From positions 62,001 through 126,000 of the forward strand of contig FLMG01000540.1 in assembly GCA_900088475.1 (NCBI GenBank): 64,000 bases of DNA, written 5' to 3'. The translations under genes and the position numbers were made by a program. The DNA is from Hyphochytrium catenoides (taxonomy: Eukaryota > Protista > Hyphochytriomycota). The notes beneath the pieces were generated by a model, which saw only the letters and a list, made by a program, of their open reading frames with translations, searched no databases and was not told the DNA's origin. This document shows positions 26,127-38,200 of the stretch, piece after piece. Position 1 is the stretch's first letter, and each line of letters begins with the position of its first letter.

Positions 26127-26869
26127 CCGATGTTCGCTGGTCCCTCCTCGCTATGCATAGACACGAGGCTGCTTGGGTGCAGACTCTGCCTTCGATCAGC
26201 TTGAGCTCTGCTTACTACATGGCCGCGAGGAGGAGACGAAGGTTGGCGCTGTAGCGGCACCAAGATGTGAATGGACATAAAGCCGATCAAGCGGTACAGC
26301 GACAGTTTACCGTTATTATTACAGTATTACGTCCAGGTGGAAGGCCTATTATTATGAGGGACTTTCTTCAGTGCCCAGAAGGGAAAATCTTTCTGAGTCT
26401 AAGATAGACATTGTTTGAAGCAAGCAAGTAGGCCAAGACAGTACGGAGTCGCCATCCTTCTTGCGCCACTAGGCTCTGGAGTCTATGGCACCTTCACCGT
26501 CAGCCAGCAACGTTCTTCGGCTAGAGGGTAAACCACCCCAGCTGTCGTGATGGTGTGCTTAAAGATCTATTCGCTCAATGTGGTGGATGGCGAAAGCGCA
26601 CCCTTAGTAGGTTGACATATAGCAGCACCTTCTTCAGCAGATGTCATTCTTCAATTGGATCCCTAGGAGCGTGGGGCTCACGTGCTGTTAGTCAAACGAC
26701 TCCAACATGGTGCAGGCTATCTCAGAAGGTGGAGACAACGTCCACGCTGAGACGGCCGTATCACGCGACGTGCGAACGGGACAGCTGCTCCCTTCCCACC
26801 GAAGGCTCCGTCCCTGAGCGCTTCTTGGTGGAGAAACATCTCAATCCTGTTGACCATTTCAAGGTGATC

Positions 26870-29800
26870 TCAACGGCCAGGCTTAGCTGTTGTACAGACT
26901 CCGCAACTGCCCATACTGTCATGATTCACAAGAGTGCAAGTTGGACAATGCCATGCCTGCATCTCAACGACTTTCTCCTCCCCGCCGTCAGTTAGCTTCT
27001 CGCCAAAATGCTTATCCTTTTCCAACGGCGTCGGCATCTCACTACGCTCTAAGACTTGAACCTCTTCCTCATCCACCAGGCAGACCGTTTCCTGGACTAC
27101 AGGAGAGCTCTCCTCTCGCCCACCAGACTTAGAGGATGCTGCGGCCTGCCGACGAGAGGCAGTAGATGCACCTCCTAATACTGTCCCTTGGAAGCCAATC
27201 TCCTCTGGAAGACCAGATCCGTTTAGAAATTCTAGATCCAGCGGGTCATGGTCATTGTCATCTAATATGTTGAGCTTCAAAAAGAGTATGGAGTCGGCCT
27301 TGATTCTGGGCATGGAATAGCGAGAGGTTTGAGGGTCTCTAGCTGGTAGTTCTTGGCATGACGGAATCTTCTTACCCATTTTCAGCTAGGGTGAGGCTGT
27401 CCTTCAGTTCCCGCTCTCCAAGGTATAAGGACTGACTAGATGGTGCGATATCTGTTGACTCCATTATCTATGAAACGGAACATCGAAAAGTTGAGAAGAC
27501 ACGGGACAGATAAAGGACGAAGGGCGCAGTTGATAGGGGCAGCCTGCAAACAAGTCTCACATCAATAAGTAAGAAGACCGTTGTTGTCAAGAGAGCCCAC
27601 CCCAGGGACTACGAAGCAATGACTACATGACTCCGGCATGGAGGGCAGCTCCGGGGTTGGTCGGACATAAGCAAGGGCGACAGCTAACCTTATACTTTAC
27701 AAGCAGTGTAAGATCTGTGCTACTGCAGTAGACCTTGAACATCTTGTTCCTAGAGCTTGAGCGCGTTAGGCGTCGGGAACCGCCATCAACTTCAGATGGC
27801 TTAGACTCTCCATACTGGCGGTTCAGGTCAGATAACGACTATTGCATCGCGGTTAACAGCAAGTTAGCCCCAGATATAGACAATATTGGATGACCTCAGT
27901 GACCTCCAGAATAGTCGGCGTCTGCCAGAAGCCTTGCGTACCTGGCCAGGCTTGACCTGCATAATTCTGATAGGTCTATCTTGAAAGTTCTTGTGACTAG
28001 AGCTCAGGGCTTTCTCTTGCAGCTCTTGGCATCCTTCGCAGATTCCGCCCACAACCTGGAACTACACGTGTGCAGAGCGCCCCGAATATCGGAAGAGAGT
28101 AAGGGCCAATGTAATTAGAGGCGAAAGATATGCAAAGGGATTCTTACTTCTCCCTTCGTTTTCAGTGACGTCACAAATTTTGCTGACCCGTCAGATGCCA
28201 CTGAGCACGAGATTGAGCTATCAGCGTCAAAGAGATGCCTGTAACATTCAGAGATAGATAAGTGATTAGTAAGCAATTTGGGAAAGCTCGGGCTTCACAA
28301 TGGCAAACGCTATTCAGTCAGTCAGAGAACTAAGCAGTAAAATGCCATACAGTAGATCGTTCCACTCATCCTCGTTTACTATTTCTGCGTCTTGATATCC
28401 TTGAGGTCTTCTAGGATCGTCACACCATTTTTGCAGGCTAATGTTCTCCCCTTGAAGGACTAAGTGGACCCGTAAGGGAAGCACTAATAGGCCTAAACAC
28501 AATCCCCATGAGCTGTTCAATCTTTGAACCACAATGATACTGATGACAAAGTAGGAATAAGAGCATGAATGATAAGCTCTCACCATGGTGGCAAAGGAGA
28601 GTTTGACATAATACGGGTCCTGGCTTCTCTGTCTCCAGGGTGTCAAGGTAACTCCGCCATCTTGCAAGATAAGACGCATCCACAAGGTAATACAACCCAG
28701 GCGATATCACTCGACTTCCTACAGTTGCCATCATAAGCTTTAACAGTATTCAAGCGACACGACAGAGGATGCAAGTGCAGAGGCGTATAATAAAACGGCC
28801 CCAGTAAGCAGCCCCATACCTGTATAATCGGAGGGCGCCGGGTGACCGGAGAGCCTCTTCCATAGCTTCTTCAATGACTTGAAGGCTGTTACCCGTGCCC
28901 TTTCCTCCCAAAGATGCTCTTTCCTCTTATTCCCTTCTGTCTCCTCAACCTATGGCCCAGAGAGACTTTACTGGTCAGCAAGATCTAGACACCACTAACT
29001 CTTCCTTCACTATAATCTCTTTGAACTCTTTATAACTCTTACCTTACATTCAACGCATGGTGTGCTCAAGCAAGAAAATCCCTTGGTCATTGGAAAGAGA
29101 GATAAAATGTTCCTCCACGTGGTACCACTTATACTTCGATACGCCCTACGGTTGAGTACCAAACCGCCGTGGGGACATGTGATGTCATCATTCACAGTCT
29201 TATCGAAGATATCTACCACACGACAGACATAGCGTGAGTGGAAGTCCTCTTAGTGCAAGTTTGACCGCGGAAATGATAATAGAGGATCCTAGCTTGTAAC
29301 AGTCCTACCGGGCAGTCTACTAGTATAAGATAATTCTTGAAGTGAGCTTTTTCAATGAAAGATGTTCTATGTACCTTCTTTGCTGGTCTCTTCGTCTTTT
29401 CCATTGAGAAACTTTTTCATAGACCCGTTAGGGATCTTCTTCATTGTCTGTTCCTTTTCATTGGTCTAGATAGACATCAAAAACTTTAGCAAAGTCCCCT
29501 CTCCATCAATGAGGAAAAGGGAAAAGCGAGTTTATAAGCTGCAAATGGAAATTAGCAAAGACGATTCTATGAAGAGATCGGTCCAGAATAACAGAATTGG
29601 AAGCAGACGTATCTAGCCTTTCAGTCAATCACGTTGCCAATTGAAAAGATAAGTATTGACATCGGTGTATGAAGGTAAATAGTTTAAAACCATTCGACAG
29701 AAGCTATCTGCTGTCGAGGTGAAACCCTTGAGATCAGGAGGCAGAACATACAGACATAGGAAGTGTCTCCAACACTATTAACAGAGGGAAGGCTTGAATA

Positions 29801-32800
29801 GTGGAAAGGTATCATGCCAGAATAGAGAGCAAAGCGTACCTGGTAATAGCTCTTGACAGAGCTTATCCACTTCCTACTGAGAAAATATGCGGTCTGGGTC
29901 TCTCCACATTCAGCACTTTCAAACTCGTTTGGCTGTGCCAAGGGAAGAGATGACTCCACGCCGTCCAGGATCTCTCTTAGTATGTTTTGTTTGCTGTAGA
30001 CTTCCTTCTTGTTATCCTTGAAAGCAGCAACGCACTCTTTGCATCTGACCCCGGAATGACGGTTAGCAAAGCTGGGATTATCAGAGTAATTAGCAGGTAC
30101 CTACTCGTATGACGAGTCGTTGATGTAGATATCATCTTCTACCCCGCAACCTTCCGAGAGGACAGCATATAAAGACGATCGGACTCGCTTTAGGCAGCTT
30201 ATGGACTCAGGTGCTACGGACTTCCCTGTAGAATCAGAACGACGGTAGGGTCTGTGGTTAGTGTTATCTTATGGAGTAACTGTGTGGAGCAAGTGCGGGT
30301 GACTAACCTGTCGCGTGCTTATCCGCATGAGGGCACGCAAATGGCCTCATATCTAACCTAGAAGAGAAGACTCCCTTGAATATGACCGGTCAGATTTGAA
30401 TATTAAGGTCACGATAGGATATCTGGTGCCTCCTTGTTCTCCTCCAAGTATTTCCTTAGGAACCCTTTGTTTCCTACGCCTGCACGTCAAACTGGCCAGG
30501 TGCAAACCCTTCCCAGCACCTCAGCGTCAGGACCCATCCGATGCTTACCAGCTTCTTTGTCATACTTCCAGTCCTAATATCCAACGCCGGTGAAGTAATT
30601 GTTGAGATGCCACGCTCTCCGCCCTGATGAAATATAGCAAGGTTGGAGAGAACGGTAAGAAAGGAGACCAGGGACTATTCCCATCTATCCCAATACAGAG
30701 CACTCATTAGCGGCCCCTGTGTTGTACAGGAGCAGCCCTCCATGCAATTGACTGTTTTCCTTCTTCTCACATCGGGTCATTTGCCAACTCAATCGTTTAA
30801 TGCACTTACCTGAATCCAACTCTCGAGCCACGCTGTCGCAACCCAGAACCAACCCTCGTCGGTGCCGCAAGCGTGCGGTTGTTCATCTATAAAGTACCGT
30901 CTATAGAGCCTCTTACGATGCTCTATTTCCTCAGCGAGCTTGAGCTCCTGACACCGGATATTACGTACGTTGGAGAGCAAGACAGACAGTCAGTGGACAT
31001 GCAGTACAGCAATATACTCTAGAAACGAATGTTGACACGACACACAGCAACGATCCACCCTGAAGTCACCACTAAGATCTGATCCTCCACGACCGCCTGT
31101 AGAGATAAACGCTACTCCTTGAGAACTTCATACAAAACCTCCACCTCGAGTTGAGAAGATGACAAACAAGTAAACGAGAGTGAAGAAAGGTAGCAGTAAA
31201 CGGGTTACTTACTCGCCGCTTGTACGCTTCCACTTCCTGGTCGAAAGCCGAGTTCGCCGTGGATACTTCTTTTAATAAGCCCTCGGGTGGATTAGGCAGG
31301 GTCTCATCCACTACCCTACAGATGATCCGCTTCAATGCAGCTTAATGCATCAATGTCGCCCACCGGTCTCACGCGCATATATAATCAGAACAGAAGCGAA
31401 AAGGCCCCAGCCCACATTTTTGCGGTGCCAATGAGACCCTGCAGGCGTGAGTACCCACCCACTCACGTACCTACTATACATTAGCATGTAGGCAGTCGTG
31501 GACGCTCTCTCAGGACGCTGGGCTGGACCGCCTTGCTGTATGTCCTCAACGCGTGCTCGTTTCTCGGCTCTTTTTACGTCCTCATCCTCATCATCTACCA
31601 CAACCAACTCTGGATCGGTGTCCTTAGGTGACGCTGTAACTTCATATCGAGGACGACATGGCCTGACCACTTCATCATCAAATTCGTACCATTGGGGTTG
31701 CCCTAGAGTGACGTTGGAGGGTGAGATGACGGAAAAGTGGATAAGTGACCTGGACGGCGCGGTGCATCTACTAAACAGATCCGGGATAAATGGCAATGGA
31801 CAGTGACAAAATGATCTATGAAGGTGGACAAGAGGAAGGTTGTACTAAGTACAGGATTGAGCCAACATCTGTTCACCTTGTTCATCCTTGTTATGCGGAT
31901 GCTTCAATTCTGCAGTGTAATGTCCTGCATTTGCGGAGCCTCCTTTGTGGTTCATTATGGCACACAGCCTGTACCTCCCAGAAGGCACTGCTCGTTGTTA
32001 CTATTGGTCAGAGAGCACTTCCTTGCCTTTGAGATATTCCCTCCTTCCCCCGTACCATCCCCAATTCACACTCTTAAGACGTGAAGAATAGTTGAGTCCT
32101 AGAGCACCCTTGGAAAGTAGAAGTCACAGCCACTCCTAGCTACTGTCACAACTCACCATCACCAGCAGCATCAGGACCGCAAAATGGTGTAACGTCAATC
32201 TCAGGCGCTATTTCAATAGGGTCCTGGTGTCAGATTGTTAGCGTCAATTGGCCCTCAGAGACGTTTAGTATAGACATGGCTGGGAGCCGTATCCGGTAGC
32301 TTCAACACCAAGATCGAGGATAGATAGTAGACTTGTTGACAAGAGCATGGCAAGTAGTCCACAGCCCAAACTTACCTTGAGCTTCCGCTTCGCCATAGTG
32401 TTGAGGTCATAGGAATAGCGCATCAGCTGAATAGTGAGCGTCTCAGGAAGATGGACAGAAGATAGTTCAATCTGGCGGACTGCATTCTGCTTGGAGGAGC
32501 ACACAGAGCAAAAGTATTGATTTTCTCCTGTCAAGACCTCCTCCTGAAAATAGCCCTTCGCAGAATGTCAGTTGCGCAGAATCAGATGTCAGTTGCGCAG
32601 AATCAGTAGGCAGCGACTAGATGCTGCTGGAGGAAATAGTAATGGGGACTAAACACACAGAGAGGTGGCTACATTCGTCAATAAGTTTATAGCCCCAGAA
32701 GACATTCTTAGACGAGGGCTGCTACATCGTTAATAAGTGGGAGAAGAGGGGACAAGTAGCTGCACTGTGGTAGTTCGACAGAGAGATTTGAAGACTCGGG

Positions 32801-34181
32801 AGGAGTAGGTCGCAGAGAAGAGCTTATTACCTTAAGGCAGTCCTCTAGCGTTTTCTTGCCCTTAATGTTCAACTCCTAATCCATCAACTCACTGAGACGC
32901 ACTTCGTATACATCAAGGAAGACATAGAAGCTTACCAGTTCATAGAATCGCGTCGGCTTGTCAGACCGGGTCTTGCATTTTAGGCACTTAGTGACGTACG
33001 ACAGAGTACCTCTGTACAACTTGGTCACTTGCTCCTGCAGGGCTGAGTCTTCGCCTAACTTGAATATCTCCTCGATATGGGACATAAGGAGCTTGTTGAA
33101 CTCCTAGACGAGGAGCACGTTAATGGCAGTAGCGTCATCCGAGGTTGAAGACAACAAGTCAAGGAATGGTGAAAGTCCAGTGCTTCTTGGGAAGAAACGC
33201 GAGCGTGCGAAGTAAACCCAATGGACACAGCTAGAATCTGTTAGTGCTGTTTGCACCTGAGCATCTTGTTGTACGGCCTGGTTGAGCATAAGAAGACTTG
33301 CAAACTGCCTAGGGTCCACAACTCTTCGTTTGCTAGTCTGCATATACGCAAAAATCCTCTGCAATTCTCGCATATGGTGCACTCTATCATCTCTATAAAG
33401 ATCGCTAGCGCTATCTATGGAGATAGTTTCTTCATCGATCTCCATTCCTACTGAAGCTGGCTTCCATTGAAAGACTGCTGCTCTGAACTTGGTGTTCATA
33501 AAAAGGCACTGAAGCAAACTGTTGAGATAGCATGTTGCCCCCAGATTTCGAAGCCCTATTGGCACTTTCTGATGAATGGTGCCCTACGACGTCATAAGAG
33601 AGAGAGACCTACTTTAGTGTGAGGAGGCGACCGACGCGAAACAGAGGCAGTAAAAGAGAGGTATAGCGTGGTAGAAGTGCAACGAATTGGTAAACCGCAG
33701 CGCTTGTGGACGCAAAGTGATGCTGATGGCCCACAACTGTACCTTATCAAACTCCAGCCGGGCATCCACCTCGGGACTAGGTCCTAGCACCTTGGCAACA
33801 TGGTCTCCCTTGGCCCATATTCCCTTCTCGTGCTCCAATCAGTAAGATATAAGCAGACATGGAACTGGCACCTTCTCTTACCTGCTTCAGCTCGCCCAGA
33901 CCGAATAAACAGTTAGGGTTATCAACGCAGTTTCTGGAGGTACGATGGTCTATTCGGGGCCAGGAAAGAAGGTGCCAGACAGCTTTCTCTTAACTCTTCG
34001 CAAGGATCACCGATAAAAGAAAGTCCTTACCTGAATGATGGCAGGGGCGATAATGTATATGGTAGGGATCTGAAAGCTCTTTTTCGAGTGTAGTCGCTCC
34101 TGACGCGCGCGTCTTCGCCCTGACTACCGAAGTCTTCTTTGACTTTCGGTTAAGCGAAGCGCGCTCTCCCTCTCTTCCCAT
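26870..34181 (-). CDS. USP48: USP48/UBP26-like deubiquitinase: USP domain, DUSP repeats, Ubl, C-terminal RanBP2/NZF zinc finger (spliced)
   Basis: DNPNCLFGLGE; Cys box GLRNLGATCYLNSLLQ; QQDAQ; LTGENQYFCSVC; His box YRLCAIMNHKGGSANAGHY; WYEFDD; DUSP-type C.HG motifs; EIGFQGTVL; WHCPTCTLVN...CGVC. Confidence 0.92.
32565..32606. repeat. Perfect 21-nt tandem duplication in a USP48 intron
   Basis: atgtcagttgcgcagaatcag x2. Confidence 0.9.
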
Positions 34182-35266
34182 TCTGATTTGTTTCAGCCTC
34201 ACATGCAATCAAATCACTTTAGAGCTCCATGTGCTTACAATGTGCCATTGGCGGCCCTCCGCCCTCCGTGGGAAGCAGAATCACGAAAAAGAATCACTTT
34301 AGGGCTCCAAGCGCTTGCAATGTGCCATGCTCTTGGGCTCTCATTATGCTGTTTGTTCTGTGCCTGACATCGAGAGTCATCGCCGTTTCCTGAGAATGGA
34401 GACAGCAACGCTGTTGAAGGGAAGCGACACGGAGTGCGAATCGAGTCTGGAAAAAGCTGTAATAGTGCGAGAAAGAGCATGCACAAAGCACCGCAAACGA
34501 CAGTCTTTGTAGTGTAAAGAGATATGTTGGTTAGGGCAAGCTGGATGAGAATCAGGGAAGGAGAGGAGGGAGCAGTGATGTGAGGAACAGCCAAAGGCCT
34601 TCAAAATCAGAACATCCAAGACGTTATCAAGGATAAATGCGCCTAACTGGCCATTGTCAGGAATGACATTCACCATCATTCTGCAGTGAGTTTGAGCCTT
34701 GTCTGAGTTATTTCAGTGAATGTGTGTGGGTTTGGAAAAGCGTGAGAATCCCTAATTGATTAATTCAAGATCTCAAAAGAGTGAAGGTGAGTTTGCCATC
34801 AGAAGAGAGCGTGAGTTAGCCTCCGCTTCTGTGCTAAGTTTGGTTAAGGTGTTGCTGTGATGAATGGGCAGAGCAGCAACTTTCTGCTGCGGTTCTGCGG
34901 ATCATCGCCTCCTGTTCTCTGCCAGCACTAGCCGATGATGACACTGCTTCCTTGGCGACTCTCACTTCCGGGCACTCTGAAGCATTCCGAGCCTAGCGGT
35001 CGCCTACTCTTTGGGAAAAGGAAGCTTAGCCACGTAGGAGTCTGGGCAAGGGGATGTACAGTTGAAGAGCTTCACCTTTTCGGTGGGGTGGACCCAGATG
35101 AGAAGCACAAGTCCTTTTGTCAGATATGGGCATCCCTGACACATGCCACTGCGTCTTGATTACGTTGAGCGTTAACCCGTACCATCAGCAAAGCTTGGTT
35201 GCTTGAACTAAGGTTCGACGCTTCCTCTCTTTATGACTTATATCGGCTCCGCTGAGGCCTATCAAG

Positions 35267-38200
35267 ATGGATTCCTCCTTCCCGTCCATGTTCACGGGTC
35301 CAGGCCTCTCCGCTCAGACCAAAGAGAACGTTCGAATAGAGCCTAACACAGCGAGAAATGACTATAGTAATCATGGCCCCACGCCTAGCCACTTCTTTGG
35401 ACAAAAGCCATCATCGCATCCATATGCCTCCACCGATACACTTCACTCACATGCGGAACCGGGGACGACGTACTGGTCCGTCAACTCCATGGGGAAGGTT
35501 ACGAACAGAAGTTCAGAGCTGCCGGCTGATCCTGTGGGAATTGTGGCGAGCGATCATAGCAGTTCTCACCCCTCCACCTCCGAGTCCACTACCTTTGGTC
35601 CCCAAGGAGCTATTCCCAGCCAAACCTTTTGTGTCGGCGTCGCAAGTCCTTCGGCTGGCGCTAAGTTTGGGCCCAACAGACGTGCGGGGCTCCGAATGCC
35701 TACCCAGAAGGGAAAAAGCAGACCTACCTCTAAACCTACTCCTGTGGCAGCCAACCGCAACAACCAGGCGACACCTTCAGGCGATGGTCAGTGGGTGCCA
35801 ATCTTTAAGGCACCCGTGGACGTCCATCAGTGGGACTCAAACAACGCTGCAAGTAGGGCCAACGCCCACGCTGAACCTAAGACGAAAGCTTCTACAACAG
35901 GATTCATCCAGACATCGGCGCCTGAGACGCCGGAACTGTTGCAACCCGCTAAAGGGCCTCCTCAAAACAACTTTGCAAAGCCTTCTGTCTTCTTTATGAG
36001 ACCGTCTAAGCCTGGAGTGACAAGCCAGTCCTTCTCATCTCCAGACAAAGGGATGACGGGTGGCAACAACATCCCGACTTCTATGCCTACGGCAGGAACT
36101 GCTTTCGGGTCCCACCTTTTCCCCCCGGATACAATCCCAGCTACACATGTCTCACAAGAGGGTTTCTTAGGTGAGTCTGCTACGATAGTCTATGAGAAAG
36201 TCTTACGATGTGCTAACGGACTCTTTGCCCCTTGTCCATTTAGGAGGTAAGGGGACAGGACCTAGCACAGCAGCGCCCACCTTCTCAGCCGGTAATATAG
36301 ACTCTAGTGCTGCTGCTTACATGGGATCTGTACTTTAACCTCCTCCGCTCTGCGCGCACATTTCATTAGCCCCTGTCGAGGAGAAGATGCGGAATCTACA
36401 GCTCAACGGCTCAAAGTCTGCAACAGGTCAGCCGTAGCCTACTTGTTGAAGGGCCGTTCCTATTTTGCTGACTGACTCTGCGTCACCTTTAAGTTCCGGT
36501 TGAAGCAATGCGGAAATTAAACTTAGATAAAGCGCAGGCGGGCAGTGCCGGTAAGATTTATAGACGCATAGTAGATTTGACACTAGGGAACGGAACGAGA
36601 ACCTACAAAGTGGGCGTATTACGAGAAGCTTATGCAGTAGACAGTTGAAGCGATTGTCTAACACTTGCCTCAGGACCGACGCAACGAGCAAGTGCAAAGT
36701 CGGTGCCTGACCTTACCTTTAATATGGGTCAGCCCACCACGCAGCCTAACAAACCTAAAAGAGGAGCCTCGAAAGCCTCAGGTCGAGCTACAAAGGGCAC
36801 CAGGGGATCGAAGCCAAGTGCCGGAGCTCCCGGGGCAGCCGCAAAACTGGACGTCGGGGCGACTCCAGGAAAGTCAGACCTCAAACCTGCGGAGGAGGAA
36901 ATGACAAAGATGGACGTTGAAAAAACTCCCCAGCAATCTGCCCCTGAGCCATTGAGGCGGCCCACTTTCGCGTTTGACTCGCCAGCGTTCACGAGTCCAT
37001 CTCCACGTGCACCATCTCAACCGCAGAAAGGCCCTCCAGGGCATAGAGATTCAAGGAACGGAGCAACAAAGAACAATCCTCAGGGGCATTTCTTCTTCGA
37101 CTCTCCGGAGCCATCTACTCCGCAACAGACCAAGGCACCCTCTACTCCTTCCACCCCAGGGTTTCACGTGGGCCAGGGACCGTCTACCCCTAGCCGAAGT
37201 GCGCGTAAGGTAGGTTGAGGCGTGTCCACATAGCGGGCCTGGAGTGTAATGTTTGAATTTGGGATGCGCTTATTTAAGGACGGACTTGCAAACACATGCC
37301 GATATTCTCTTTTTGTGCTCTTTTACAGGTCGGAAGAAGAGGCATATTGTACAACAAAACTAGAAAGCCAGTCCCCTTTCATCAGAAGCGTGACACTATA
37401 GGGAACAACGCGGAGGAAGATATTCCGGAGAAAGAGGAAGCAGACGTTAAAGAAGAAGACTTTCCTTATCAGGAATACTATGCTGTCTGTAAAGCTCACG
37501 AAGCCACAATCAATGGTGAGGAGTTGGATGCTGGCCCGGCCACAACTCATATGCTACCAATGCTCGCTGCATGATGCCGGCTCCTGTTTGGTTTTTGACT
37601 ATCCGCCTTAACCTCTTCACACGCCTGCATATCTCACCGTACTATATAGAGGGAGAGTGGACAGAGTCTGAATGCAAGGCTTGTCAAGCCTTTATCGTAA
37701 ACAAGCTCCACCACACGGATGTAAGCCTTCTCTTGGTTTTCTTGGGTTAGTCTTTATCTTCTTCCTCCATGTTGCGGACAGCGATTTGTTCTTTTTTTTT
37801 TGGCCTTCTGGAGCCTACGTTGATTAACATTTTATTCTATTCCACGGGATCGCCTGCTGTAGACAAAGGCAGTAGCGTAGCACTTGCAGTTTCTGGAATT
37901 TAATACCATGGATGTCGTTACCCCTTTCTAAACTCCACGTGCAGTTGTGCTCCTGTTGCGCGGTGCGGCTGAACGTCTGCATGGTCCGGAATTGCATGAC
38001 CGCGAACCCGAATCGTGCTTTGATTACTGCTTTTAGCTTAGGCCGCTACTACGGCGGCAGGGAAGGGAAGCAGCCCTGCTGGGTGATACTGAAGGATATT
38101 GGCACTGGACTGTACCGAGAAGACAAATTCAAGGAAGCAGCACTCATGTACAGCAGGGCCCTACGAGTGCACGGGTAAGAGAATGCTTATCGCACTGAGA

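Noticed and set aside
23147-26160. Long antisense ORFs (23147-23809, 25648-26160; also 10121-10771 and the same-strand alternate frame 35358-35999)
   Set aside because: Shadow or alternate frames of well-supported exons, with no recognisable motifs.
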